A stretch of 55,278 nt of DNA, filler included, from Sphacelaria rigidula (lineage: Eukaryota), in NCBI GenBank assembly GCA_964200075.2. It is 6 parts of 6 records of this genome, joined end to end, with 100 filler letters (N's around TTAATTAATTAA, not from the genome) between each part and the next. Parts side by side here need not be neighbours in the genome. Positions count along the whole stretch, not along the records: positions 27,691 to 36,820 come from CAXNAA020009230.1; positions 36,921 to 46,049 come from CAXNAA020009231.1; 4 more parts are not named here. One strand, given 5' to 3'. The position numbers and the translations under genes are program-made. How positions within the stretch are numbered: position 1 is the first letter of the stretch; every line of letters starts with the position of its first letter. Positions 30,438-43,641 of this stretch are shown here, one piece after another. The notes under the pieces are model-generated. The model saw only the letters and a program-made list of their open reading frames with translations. It was not told the DNA's origin and did no database searches.

Positions 30438-31919
30438 CAACATACTGCAATAAGAGGGGCACAAAATCGACACGGGCGCCAGCTTCTATCCTTTCTGTTG
30501 TCGTGACCCTGTGTACAGATGTACAGCAACGCCAGTGACTATTTACCCTTTTGGGACCGACCCCCCACTAACATAGGGTTGACCCTGTGTTATTAGTGAA
30601 ATAATGAAGAAATAAGACAGGTAGCGACCTACCCAGTCACGGCGAGGCGAAATTTATCGACCAGACCCGAACGACCAGCGCGGGGATTGTTGTCGAGTGT
30701 GATGCCACTGCAAAGATCGTGTGCGGGCCTTATCCCTGACCCAGATTAGCCTTCCCAGGTCTCCAAATGCAGGGTGGTCGCAGCTTGCTTTTACGGTATT
30801 ACTTGCATTCGATATAGCGTTCCCAAGATTTTCCGGGGGGGGGGGTCGCAATTCTTTATACTAAATTGTAGTAGTTAGACTCACAGGGTGGAGCGGAAAA
30901 AACCGGGAAGGAGTGTACATGCTACAGAGTGGTCATTTTCACGAGGCACTAAAACCCAGGTGGGCCGTGGAAAGACAAGAAGAGCTACCGTCATGAATTC
31001 TGCTTATCCCTCTGCCGAGGACTTGCGGAGTGCAGCTAACATGTATGTAGTGGGTGGGGATGAAGATGCAGTGTATAGGGAGTTGATCCCCGTCGCCGAG
31101 AATTGCCCAGAACGTGCAAGGAAGTATGTAGCGGCAGCTGCTGCTGCAGTCGGAGAGGCGTACTGCAGTGTACTGTACTATACTGTATGTATGCGCACCG
31201 CAACGCTGATACCCTTCGAAAAGAATTTGCCGCATGCAACAGAGAGGGAAATGGCGGCCCACCCCGATCACAAAGGGCTGTGTGGCAAGGCAATGGAGAC
31301 AAAAATATAATCCAAAGCCAAAAGTGGCGGGCGGCCCGCCGGTAGCCGCATCCTGTTATAATCTCTCTACCGCCACTCATACTGCTTGCTACATCAGATG
31401 TACATTACCTGATGCGCACCCTGCACCTGAAAATAGATTGGATGAAACTCTCGGCCTTCCTCATGACCCTGCGGTTACATACGCGGATTTTCAGCAACAT
31501 GCCACTGTTTCGTGCAGACGCCAGACATGTCATTCCTAACCAGCCTCATTGGTCGTTCTGGAGGCCCGATCCCGAAAGGGTTAAATAGACTTTTGCTTTT
31601 TGTGCGCGCATATAACTTCGCATAATACGGGGTTTCGCGCATAACCTTATGCGTTTAAAAAAGAAAACGTACGTATTTTTGGAGATTTAAGCATAACGAA
31701 GGCATACCAGTCTGGGTTGAAATATAAGCAGGATTTCGAAAATCCGAAATACAAGCCTGATATGGATGGACCGCCCTAGATTGACTGTAGAGCAGTTCGA
31801 CAAGCGTAAAAATGTTGAATTATGCAAGTGAGGTGAAGTTAGGATCAGGCAAGTCCCCTGAGTGACCCGGGGACGCCATACTAGCGTCCCCGGTTCTTCC
31901 TGGATTTTCCTGGATCCCC

Positions 31920-32635
31920 AGCACCCGAAGCGGGGGGAGTCAGAGCACTCGTGCGGCAATCACCGTGAAAACGCGTTCCGGTCTGCTGATGAACGTGTCC
32001 GTTGCTTGAGGCACTGCTGAGAAAGTGTCGAGAAAGAATCTCTATGGACATGAAAGACGCGCGTTGATGGAGGAGCTCCCCAAGGGCAGCAACAGTTGCA
32101 ACCCCCTTCACCAATTTGCTGATGTTGCTGCCCTTGAGGAACTCCTTGATCAACGCGCGTGGTGTCCTCCCATTTATTCTGGACGCGGGCCTACCCCTTT
32201 CGGTATATTTGGGCGCACCAACCGGGGTCACACAGGAGGAAGGTCAACACACAAGCTTTTTATCTTTTATTTGTTTCTAGTAATCCACCTTCCTTCTGCG
32301 GCCCCTGCCTTTATTTTTTATCGCGAGAGGGGTTGACCGTCACGTCGAATTTTGTGTACCCACAACATAGTCGCTCTCCACTGTTGGGCATGGTGTGAGA
32401 AAAAAATCCCAGATCGCTGCGAGATTTGAACCAACGGCCCAACTGTCAGAAGGTTTCGAGATAACCAACTGACCCACCGGGGCGACCGGCAGACTCATCT
32501 CTCATTTTCACTGAGATTCTTTCTGGACACCTTCTCGGCAGTGCCTCCAGCAACGGACATGTTCATCAGCATATCGGAAGGCGTTTTCCCCGTGATTGCC
32601 GCACGAGAGCTCTGACTACCCCCGCTTCGGGTACT
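31920..32635. mobile_element. Long foldback palindrome centred near 32108, with a SINE in the right arm
   Basis: 31920-32100 is the reverse complement of 32118-32160 plus 32495-32635. Outer inverted repeats at about 31600-31740 and 32760-32830. Confidence 0.8.
32161..32490 (-). mobile_element. SINE family 1, full length
   Basis: Head GCCGGTCGCCCCGGTGGGTCAGTTGG...AACC-TTCTGAC-AGTT...GGTTCAAATC on the minus strand. Confidence 0.88.
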
Positions 32636-35287
32636 GTTGTCGCGTGCAGGAATGTGCTGTTTTAAAAAAACCACGGCCATGACAGTCCCGCGAGAGCGCC
32701 AGGAAAGCGATGAAAAAACGATCGAGCAAAAAGTTGAAACTGCCGAAGTTATTGCGCCGCATGTTCAAATCCTACTTATATTTCGGCCCAGACTGGTAAA
32801 AGCTAACTTTTACGCATAACTTGGCGCATATAGTACGAGCTGGGCCAGCTGACAGTGATTTTTGAACGAAGAGTGGAGATGCCGTTGGTGATCCGAAGAG
32901 TTGGGCGCTGAAGTTTTGATACCACATTTTTATCATTAATCCGCGCAACCCTATTGGGGGTGCAGAGGAACAAAAAAACATAAACAGGAAGTAAGAGCAA
33001 GTTGAGGTTTCATCAAAAACAGGGAAAATGCTGTAACTTCCTAAAAAAATGATAAAGAGGACGACAACCCTCCAAGACATACGGGCTGTCGCGTCAACGA
33101 CATTCTGGTGAAGTTTCGGCCAAAAATACCTCAAATTGGGCGCGGCATCGCACTTTTCGTGTGACACGGCCGCACCCCTTTAATTCAATTGATTCAGGAG
33201 ACTCCAATTATGGAGATCATGAGTTCGAATCCCGACTTTCGTCGGTCGTCAAGGTCATATATTATGCAGTTCATTTTACCCCATTTTTTTTGTATAGTCA
33301 GCGGCGGTGCCTTGTGTTACAGGTTGGTCTACACTTCACAGCGATATGCTTAAGTCGCGCTGAGTTGGAAATCTTGAGAAGTTGTGGTGTGGAAAGCGAA
33401 TGCGAGATTTACTGCTGGCCCAGGTCGTACTCCAACGGGATTATGCACCCCATGCCCAGCTGCTAGTTGCTGCGCACGGGTGCTCCATGTGGCGTGGCTC
33501 GTCGAGTCGTGGCGTTCGAGTTGGTAGTTTCTCTTTATGAACTTCGTTTCGGGTATGGTATCGGTTGTTGTGCTGTGTGTGAACTACTTTATGTTTATGT
33601 GAAACTGATGAAAAAATAAATGTGTCACATTTCACACCTGACGTAGGCTTTTGCTTTTCATGCGTTTTTTGTTTTTTTAATGTCGGAAGGTACTTTCTAT
33701 GAGGGGTACCGCCAGAAACCGTCTCCAGAGTGACGTGAAAAAGGCGCAAAAGTCGCGCATAATTCACCAAAATACGCGTAAATCGGTGCACAATGTTCAT
33801 CTTCGATGTGAACCGAGGAAGGTTCCTCAGAACAGAATTCATGAGAGGTTCTTGGACAGAACTAAAATGTATACCGGGTCCTCACAAGTAGGATTCACGT
33901 TGAGCATAAAGAAAAATGAAATGAAACGCTGAAAAAAAATACGCGAATGAAAAGCAGAAGCCCATCAGTGACATGTTTGTTGTAGGATATACTACAATAG
34001 TAGTACATTTTGTATGAGCGTGGTCGTCATTCCGAGGTGACGCGTGTGCTTGTGATTGATACTGATTGGCTCCTGTAGGCTTCATTTCTTCCGCATACAA
34101 CAGTGGTCGATGCGCACTCTCCCGAAATATAGTACCCAGAATCAGCCCTCATTCACACCCATAACGGCAATCTTCCACCGAGCTTCAAGCCCCCGTTTCG
34201 CGCGACATGATGAATGAACGCTGAAGACAGTAACCTCATTATGAGGGAGCCCGACTGGTGGTTGTTTTCTATGTTGTTACCAGCGTCGACCGATGAGCGG
34301 GCCGAACGAAACGACTTCGTTGGTGAGATATCTGTGGCTGCCCCTGCGCTGGTTTGATGTCGTACCCCCTCTAATTGTCATTGAAATCTGCAGAATGTTT
34401 TAGGAATGAGTGGCAGCTTTGTGCATGATCATCCTTTCAACTCACGTATAACGGTGGATAATCGGCACACGAAAACCCGCTTGCGGGGGATGTATGGGTT
34501 GGACCAGGTTTTCTCCTTTCGTCAAGTTTCGCGTGATTCTACGATGGCGTGAGCTTGAAACGTGCAAACTCCCAACTACTTGGTTCTAGCAGAAAAACGT
34601 CTTGTTTTCGGTAAACTTACCGTCTAGGCGGCGAGAAAATGTGTGAGGTTTTCGAGTTTCTCGACCAAACTTTGTAAGTATGTTCCTTGGACTACAGTAG
34701 TGGGCGGTCTAATTATTCAGGGGCGTTTTGGGGGTTTTCCTCACGTGCTACTCTCCGGTAGGACTCGAAATTGCTAGCGTCGGTAGATTTTGTTACAATT
34801 AACAGATCATCCTCGAAACACACTGCCCAAGTCAGTTTTGGTTGGTGTTATCGCACGATACGAGGAAATACCCCGTTCATCAGGAGGGTGTTGTTGACCG
34901 TGAAACACAGTTTTTCGACCCTAGCGCAATGAGTAGGTAGAAATTTGAAAAAATGAAACTGTACATTTTTCGCATATATGATTAGGACAGGCTTGACCGA
35001 CCGAGAATACCGAAGAGTAAGAATCTGAGCTGAAACGTGGCGGGACCCCGGATGACCGGTCAGCCCGTGGGTCACTCAACAGGAGTATTGTGTTTTTCTC
35101 GAATCGGAATGTAGAGCGGATACAACTATCTTCAGATCCCCAGTGTGACGAGCGGTGGCAAGCGGAAAGAGCCCAAGAAAATCGCCAACTACGAAAAAAT
35201 CACAAAATGCCACAAAATGAAATGTTGGACCGCTCACCACCGTAACCCGGAACACATCGCATCAGTTTATATTTCCGTTTATTTTGA

Positions 35288-35766
35288 GGCCGCTCCCTAA
35301 AACAGACAAAAATCAAAATCTGGACAAGTGCCTTTTTGGAGCTTTCACGTCGTTTTGCGCCCCAAAAGGGAGCTAGGCGGAGTTTGACGCCTTGGAATGT
35401 CTTACTCTGCTACTTGAGGCGGTTCCAGGACCTCTTCCAGTTTCCCGGTGGCAGCAGTTTCCATTTTGGCCAAACATTTTTTTTTGTCCAAGAACGGTGA
35501 AGAACAGTCAAGTCCATAGAAAAGTGGCGAGTTTTTCTACATTTTACTGTCTTTTACCGTCCCTTGACAAAAATTATTGTTTGGCCGAAATGAAAACTGC
35601 GGCTACCGGGAAACGGGAAAATGTCCTGGAACCGCCGCAACTAGTAGAGCAAGTCATTCAAAGGCGTCAAACTCCGCCCAGTTCTCTTTTGGGGCGTAAA
35701 ACGACGTAAAAGCTCCACAAAGGCACTTTTCCAGAAGTTTAGTCTTGTCTGTTATAAGTAGCGGCC
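35288..35766. mobile_element. PIF/Harbinger-type foldback MITE with 3-bp TSD
   Basis: TGA|GGCCGCT...AGCGGCC|TGA; 479 bp, almost entirely palindromic. Confidence 0.88.
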
Positions 35767-36820
35767 TGATGCAAACTCTACCGCCTTCCGGGGTCTTCAC
35801 ACCAGGACCCTCGGAAGCCGGTAAAAGCGGAGAAACTTTGAAATATTGTCAAGACTACAATTTTTCCATTTGGACGACCGATACCCATAGAACTGCCAAG
35901 TTTGAAGGAAACTGTCACAAGGCTTCCTGGGTCTCTCTTGCGTATCATCAGTGGAAATCCGGCCCCGTAGTAACCGTTTCCAAGTAAGTTTTTCTAGGGG
36001 GCTCTCGAGCTGAAGGCGGTTACTACAATTTGAAGCATGTGGAGACTGAGCAAAAGTTGAGCCTGTAATTCGTATTTTTGATTTCAGAATATTTTGAAGG
36101 GCGCTGATTTGTCGAGGTACCTTCTCGCCCTTAGCGCCACCACTACGGCCTCAAACGCAAATCCGGCTTTGTAAAGCTCTTCAGCTGTACATGGCGGTCA
36201 GTATGATATCATGTATGTGACTATTTTGTAGGTATTGCCATAGGCATTTGCTGATGACACAATTTTGGGTGAGTGCACCAGCCTGTGTGTGCGTCACTCG
36301 TCAGATCGCCACTGCTGTAGATGTGGTGGTGGTGTTGCGCTGCGCGTCCCTCTCGAAGAAATGTTGTAGGCTGTCGCCGCGCCCAAGTACTAAGCACAAG
36401 GAGACGAACGGACTGCGTGATTTTTTCCATCAACATCCTCGGTTAGGATTTTGTGTATTTCCCACACCCTGGACAAAGTTGTACTGTGTACAGTATCGAC
36501 TAATGCGCCTATTGCAGCAGACAATACATTCCATACCGTACGCAGTACATTAAAAAAAAAAAAGAATCTATTGTCATTATTCAGGGTGTGGTATGTTCCA
36601 CACCTTGGACGATGTATGGTCAGTAGTTGCAGTAGAAGAAGAAATGTACCGCGTGAAGTATAAGCCTATTGCAATTATTGCAACTATTGGTCATGTTTTG
36701 TCCAAGGTGTGGTATCTTTGAATCTTGCCATGATCCATCGGCGGCAAAAGTTGCACGGTTAGGACGAATCATCACGACTCAAAAACACCAAATTCACGAT
36801 TTCTTCGGTCTGATTGCCCA

Positions 36821-36920
36821 NNNNNNNNNNNNNNNNNNNNNNNNNNNNNNNNNNNNNNNNNNNNTTAATTAATTAANNNNNNNNNNNNNNNNNNNNNNNN
36901 NNNNNNNNNNNNNNNNNNNN
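36821..36920. other. Artificial contig linker
   Basis: 44N-TTAATTAATTAA-44N. Confidence 0.98.
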
Positions 36921-37447
36921 AGCGACCATGTCGTGGGTATACGAAAATCGACTTAACGGTCGACGAGGGAAAATAACTGCTGTGCCCCTCTCGCGATAAA
37001 AAATAAAGGCAAGCATCGCATAAGGAAGGTGGAGCACCAAGAACAAGCAAAAAAGAAAAAACTCCTGGGTGACCCCGGCTGGTGCGCCCACATATAAAAA
37101 CGTTTTCGTGATATTGAGAGTAGAGCGCTGATTGAGGGTGGTTTTGATAATCCAATTTAAATTGGCCAATTTTTCATTCCGTGTGTGCTTCTTCTTGCCT
37201 CCATCATTGGCGTGTGCTTACAGCTACACGTCAACATCCTACCAAGAGATATCACGGGCCTCAGTGGCGAGCTACTACAGAAAGCATATCGGGCCTCGCA
37301 GAGGGGCATTTCGGAATTGAAACGATTCATTCACCGATTGACCGCTTTTCACTCTCAATCGTATCCTCTATTCTCAATCTCACGAAGACATTGTTGTATA
37401 CCGAAATGTGTAGACCGGCGTCCAGAATACATGCGACAACACACACA
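36921..37447 (+). mobile_element. SINE family 1 split by a TA-MITE (37095-37396)
   Basis: CCCACA-TA|MITE|TA-TACCGAAA restores the SINE sequence CCCACATATACCGAAA seen at 13318-13333. Confidence 0.85.
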
Positions 37448-37448
37448 T

Positions 37449-37745
37449 GCACGCTTAAATCCTCCCCTTCCTCGGGACGAACCCATGGTCTGAAGGGACC
37501 AACCAACCTCTAATAGGTACACACTCACCAGTTCGGTTTCGGAAACTGAATCATGACCATCAGCACCCCCGCACCGCGTCGACTCTTGTCAAACGAACTA
37601 TTTTTGCCCCTCGCGTCCTTACTCTTCCAACGGCGGAAATCAGATATTTCTAAGAAAAAAAGTCAAGCGCATCGGGCAGGAATCGAACTCGCGTTATCCG
37701 CACCCAAATGACGTCACTTCTACCTCTACACCACCTGGGTGCGGC
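37449..37745 (-). mobile_element. SINE family 2 copy
   Basis: Reverse-complement homology to 17010-17317; B box GAGTTCGATTCC on the minus strand. Confidence 0.7.
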
Positions 37746-39599
37746 AGCTTTCTGTCTATTGTATTGCAATAAGGGTTCGACTACATACAATTGAAGCGCG
37801 TGTGGAGGTACGGCTGTAGTTTCAGCCGTGCCTCCACAAGGCCGAATGAAGAGCGTTTCATGTCAGTTCTTTCGGACAGCGGAAAAATGCGGCGAGAAAA
37901 AAAAAAAGAACGCCCGCCGACAGTTTAAATTCATTATTGTCCTTCGTTCCGACCTTTTCTCGTTTTGATATTCTTCACCCCCTACCGCAAGAGTCCAAAG
38001 CGTAGGAGTGTTGGATCCGAACAAAGCATGCGACGCGAATCGGTGAGACATCGATCAGCAAAAACCGTGCTTTAGCTCTGTAGCTGTCACGTTTCATCCT
38101 TCCAATCATGAATCCAATTCCACGCATGCAGCAGCAGCAGCAGCAACAACAACGCTAACGTTGGATTCACACAAACATACAGCCACAGTCCGCCTCAGGA
38201 GGCGACACTTCGTTCTAAAGGGGTTGGTGCAGTATCGCGACAGGAGCAGCAATCTGCGTGAGAGTTACGGTATACACCTATCTAGACACCGAAAATAGAC
38301 AATGGTGACAAATAGACAATGGTGACGGGCGTTCAGAACACACAATTTCATGTCAGTTTGGGCTGATTGAGGCAAATGAGACGCCCAAGCACACCGTACA
38401 GTCGCTCTAGTAAATGCAGCCTAGGGTATCGGGCGTTCAGTGGGGCACAGTGTTATCTCGTCACTACCGCGTGAGCAAATTCGAAAGGGGAGTATTCTCA
38501 GCCATGGGTTGGTGACTTCCGCAGCAAAATTTTGTTATGCCATTCGTGGGCTCATATTTTTCGATGCCTGTTTTGCGTACAAAAGATCATGCGTTATTTT
38601 CGTGCGTTTTCATCGCGATTCCACAGTAGTGCGGATCATACGTTAGAATATTCTGGGGACATCGAGGAGAGAGGCTTAGTAATGCGCAATATCTTTGTAC
38701 TCGAACGGGTCAAAACGCACAAAGACACGGAAAAAAACAAGGTGTGCAACATTTTTTCGGTGTCCGATTTTTCAAAATAAAAAGACCCGCGCTCTTTCAG
38801 CACCCGCGGCCAACTGGGTGATCTAACAGTCCCGCCAATTTCGAGGATGACAGTACTGTAGGCGTACATAATGGCCAGTTGGCCGTCCGGGCGCCTGGCA
38901 GTTTGCTTCTATCGTGATGGTGTCGACCACTACGATTGAAGCCTAACATGGATCAGAGAGCAGGCTATGATGGGATTTTTTGAGGCCCTCTGCCGAAAAT
39001 TCAGCGGTGAGCAGTCGCTGATGAAAGCAGAGTTCGTGGGAAGGACTTTCCCACCGCTGCAGTTCCATGCGTTTGCTTGTGTGCTTTGACGCGTTTCCGT
39101 ACTACTCAAAAGGCTGTTGGCTGTCGGGGGGGGGGGGGGAGGTGGGGGATGATATCCGCGAACTTCCACCTCGAAATCTAAACAACACCCAAGCTCATGC
39201 GCACCTAAACCCAACACCGATTGTTGAGCAACAAACAGCTGTCCGTGTTGGACACGTGTACGTACTGCTTACTGCTGGCGCAATCACGTCTGCTCTACTT
39301 CAGTTCAAAACTGTAGAGGCGGTATTGCTGCTGGCTCCGGCTCGTTATGCACGGAACACTGCTGTGAGGCGCAGCCTGTGTGTGCCAACGGTTTTCTTTA
39401 TGGAGGTGTTGTCTCTCCACCACAAGCAGATTTTTCTGAACGCCTCGGTCATGGAGAAAAAAACTATTGACCTTTGTGCGCTAGAGGGCTTATCCTTTTA
39501 ATCACCAGGTTCGCTCGTCGGTTGAAAATGACCGTGAGACTCAGATGACCCCACCCAGCGGGTCAAGATACCAAAAATTAAGGGTATATCAGCTTTGGA

Positions 39600-39960
39600 T
39601 TGCTCCCACCGTATAAATGATATCTTCCATTCCGGCCACTTGAACCTATGATGGGTAACATGACAACACTCTCCCGAACGACCAATTTTTGGATCTCGAA
39701 ATCACATCTCTCGGAGGTGTTGTGTAAGGGGGGTGGTGCACAACGTGCCCCAATGAAGTGAATCCAGCTCGTAGGGTCCGACGATCGTACGGTGGGTTGT
39801 CAACCCCGTATGATACGACCGCGAGTACATGAGCCTTTGCACAGTACTGGCACTCGAGCTTGTGACGAGCGATTTTGACCGCAACGTGGTAGGACTCTGA
39901 ATAATGTAAAAGCCGACATGATCTCGAAAATCCATAGACGAGGGGTGCTTTTGATATGTA
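39600..39960 (+). mobile_element. Penelope-like RT relic (third)
   Basis: DIFHSGHLNL...LSRTTNFLDLEITSLGGVV*...SDFDRNVVGL; contains the FLDLEI motif. Decayed. Confidence 0.35.
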
Positions 39961-40911
39961 CAGGTATATCACGTAACCGTGCTGCATAGCCAGTACTAAC
40001 TCCGCTGGGTGCTAGTGTGTCAGTGTGCGGTGTCCCGTAGTACAAGGGGACCACATTTGCCGTATCACAACGGCACGGCAGACGGTGATCGACAGACTAA
40101 ATAATACGAAGTAGAATATATGGAGTGCGTGGAACCGGGCGTATGTGGAGAGGGGATATAATACCAGTACAGTACAGGTACATCTTCACTGGCTTGGCTG
40201 TTTCATGGGTATAATCCATATTCCTTGGCTCACCCACGGGTCTGCGGGTGTGCGCGTGTTTCTCATGAGGTCATTTGTTCTCCATATTGATGACGGGCGG
40301 CAGAATAGATGCTCCAGGGGTGACCACAATATCGATTAAGATGTGGCAGTGCAACTAGATTTTTTTAATCAGTGTGAGCCAGGGGTAGTTGACCCTGCGT
40401 TTATGCTCACAGCTGCAAGTTAGTCGTGGACAACAGTACAATAGCCAACAGTCTGCTACGTGTACATCACAAGTCAGCAGGAGCATGTGCAGTGGAACAT
40501 CACGAGGGGCTTGACATGAATCTATTGCCCTTCCTCCCACGCTCACAACCAGGAGCGTTGACCCGAGTTACGAACGAAGCAGAAAGGGCAATCGAATATT
40601 TAAAACGGACACAAGGATCAAGAGAGAAGGTGGAACTCTTCTGCTGACACTGCTACTGAAAGGCAGTCCATAACTGCCCATGGTCGTCGTCGCGCATATT
40701 CAACTTGCCTCCCAGCTTCGCCAAACTGTACAAAACCCAGATGGTGATTATAGCTCAGTATAATAGGTCTAAAACAATTCAACCATCCCTTGAAAGAGCT
40801 GCGTGGGAACCACATGCACCCACCCACCCACGCACCCTGTCCAAGCACATGAAAAACAAGTACAACGTGCGTAATATCCGTCACTATCCTTATCTTTTCA
40901 CGCCCTGATAC

Positions 40912-41108
40912 CTTCGGGATTCTTTGGTATGGTCCTTGGAAACCACAGCACGCGAAGCGACTCCATCAACTGCTGTTGTGACTGTAGTCACCGCCACTGG
41001 CCGGGAGGATATTGCGGGCGCCACGAAAGCAGCTGCTCGCGTGACCGCCAGTATCATCATAGCCAGGATCGCTAGGGTCGACGATAACCGCATGGTAGGG
41101 AGCGCCAT
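40912..41108 (-). CDS. First exon of a plastid-targeted protein of unknown function (bipartite presequence)
   Basis: MALPTMRLSSTLAILAMMILAVTRAAA-FVAP: a signal peptide plus ASAFAP-type motif, then an S/T/R/V-rich transit peptide; donor AG|gtatca at 40912. Downstream exons were not identified. Confidence 0.75.
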
Positions 41109-41902
41109 GTATTCGTCCAGGGCCGCCAGGGCTTCGCCACAGCAGCACTACTGCCCTACCCTATCGCTGTACTGTGCGGACAGTCTATGCTGTCAAGTGT
41201 GTTGTACGCCGTACGGTTGTGGAGCATTGGAACGAACGGTACAGAGAAGTCCATGTCGTGACGAAAGTTAGATGAGAAATGACTTTTGAAAATATCAACT
41301 AGTACTAGAACGCCGCAGTCAAATGGAAGAGTCGACCACCTCCGGTAAAATATTTCACGTTTTTGGACATACCCATATGTGAATGCAAAGCGCACGTGGT
41401 ACAACACGTACATAGCACAAACACAACGACTGCCATAATTGTCTGTCACAACGAAGGGAAGCGGTAGGGCTGGCAACTATCGCACACGCCACCAGGCGGA
41501 TTTTTCGCTCAAGCCTATCGTACCCACAGGTGCTGTCCGTGCTTTTGGCCTCGCTTGTGCGAGAATAGCTGAACCAAAGTACGCCTTCTTTCAAAGCAAG
41601 TAAGAGATATAGATCGTCCGCGATCTCGAGGGAGATAATCAGCGAGAGAAGGAGCGGAAGCGCGGAGCAGGGCAGGCGACCTAAAGCACGACTGCCCATT
41701 GGGCCGGGGTGTGTCGCTTGCAAACTAAGCTCACTACCCCCTTCTCGTGCTGCGCGTGGGCGATCAAGAACAGGGCGAAGTTTCTACCTCGCATCACCTA
41801 GCAGTCAGTCCTCGGCGGCCGTTCCCACCTTCTACGGCTCAACGAGACGGTCTCCAAACAGGGGTAAAGAAGCAGGATCAAAAATCGCAAACGCTCGAAA
41901 AG

Positions 41903-41986
41903 ATGGGGTGCTTCGCTTCGAAGGGGGTGGCCGACGATCCGGTAGCTGCACAGCATAGCAGAGAGGTGCAGCGATCCCTCAACCAG
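41903..41986 (+). CDS. First exon of a probable heterotrimeric G-protein alpha subunit
   Basis: MGCFASKGVADDPVAAQHSREVQRSLNQ|gtgcgt. MGCxxS is a myristoylation/palmitoylation motif, followed by a Galpha-like N-terminal helix (cf. S.EI.R.L). The GAGESGKS exon was not found before the contig end. Confidence 0.6.
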
Positions 41987-43641
41987 GTGCGTGCGCTGCG
42001 CCCTGCATTAATCTCTGCATCAACCATGCCCGGCCGGGATATTTGCTTCCTGTGCTCTTATATACATCATGCGTTTAGCCTCTATAGCCATCATCCCATG
42101 CCACAGGATGCGCGGTCTTTTCGCCGTGTGACTCTCTCGTCCTTATATTTCATCTCTGTTTAGCGACGTGTCCCTCAGACAAGCGCGCTCTTGACTGTAC
42201 TGCACTATTGTATAGTACACGTATGTCGGTCGTTGCTTAGAGGGTGCATTTCAATTGTCCGTTATCAGACTTATGATCCCGTTATCAGACTTGTGGTCAA
42301 GGTTCTTTTCCCAACATTATCCCCGTGGGAAACGCATGTGGAGAGCTTGTTGGGTTGCAGGGCAATTCTTAGCCTTGCTTGGTATTGCGAAAGCCAAAAC
42401 ACGTTGCACACTCACATACTCATACTTCTTCCTCACGGTCTGAATTTTGAATTTTTAGTGCGAACATTTTTGGGAGGGAAAAGTTGAAAAGTTGTTTTGC
42501 CAAGTTTTCACGATTTAGTCTCGTCTTCGTCTTGGAGCAACATTGGAACATTGTGAACATCTCACAACAAGCACTCATCGATAGTTTCGGAAGATTATTG
42601 ATCACGTGCTGTTTTATAATGTGAAGAAGAGGTGATGAAACGTAGCATCAGCAAGCAGTCGTGCAATCGATTGCTCATTGTAACCGCCCAGTTGTGTGAA
42701 TTATTCCGTCGTCGTGATTGACTGTTAGAGATGAATTTTCACTGTACTGTTGTGTTCCTTCGCGAAAGCTGAACATTAAATTCTGCAACTGCCGTTTTTT
42801 GTTTTACTGGAGCGTTGAAAGTTTATCGTCTCCATCCATTGATCTCATCGACCATGTCATACTCCAACTCGGAAATGCTGCCAATTGAAGCGCTGACACA
42901 TTCCAACCATACTCCAGTTCCAGTCGAGTACCAGAGGTTGTGAAGTATGAAGTGGGTAATGGATACACTTCGAAGGTCGTAGCGGTTCAGCACAGATGAG
43001 TGCACAAATCGGGCACGTATCGTCCCCGAGTCGCAATGACATCATATTCCACCATGATGTTTCAGGCGCATATGCTGGACGTAGTTTCGTAGTTGCACCT
43101 ACCTTTCTCCCATGTATATACCCCAAATCATGCCGACATGTTGTATTTCGACGTCCGTGGGTCAGAAGCTTGAATAGTTGCGGCGGAACAATACATGAGA
43201 TGTCAAGCTATCGTTCAGCTCACCCCTTCATGAACACGCGGAACGCGTGCGTGGGTTCAGCAGAGAGTATCGCCTTAAAGTCACGGCCGTGTGCCTATTT
43301 GAGTGCAGTTTGCAGCTCTCTTCCCACATGTCCTTCTGATCGGTATAGTTATTGTTTGCCGTTCTCCCTGTTTTCTCCCATAATTTCTCCGCGCATCGCA
43401 TCTGCAAAAACAATACAATCATGCAACCCGACGTGCTTTTACAGCAAGCCAGATGGGTTGGATATGTGGCAAGACTTCATCTTGCATCGATTGATGACAT
43501 GTTTTCTGATGCTTCGTGAAAATGCCCCGGCCCTTGGTGGTGGTGGAACCGTTCTCCGTGTGTCCACAGAGCTGAGCAAACATAAGATGTTTAAAGTGCA
43601 GGATACGTGTATCTTCGAAACACTACACCCGACGCCCTCAA

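Noticed and set aside
38930-39057. Second exon of the plastid-targeted gene
   Set aside because: A phase-compatible AG exists, but the frame stops after about 42 unremarkable codons and the acceptor lacks a pyrimidine tract.
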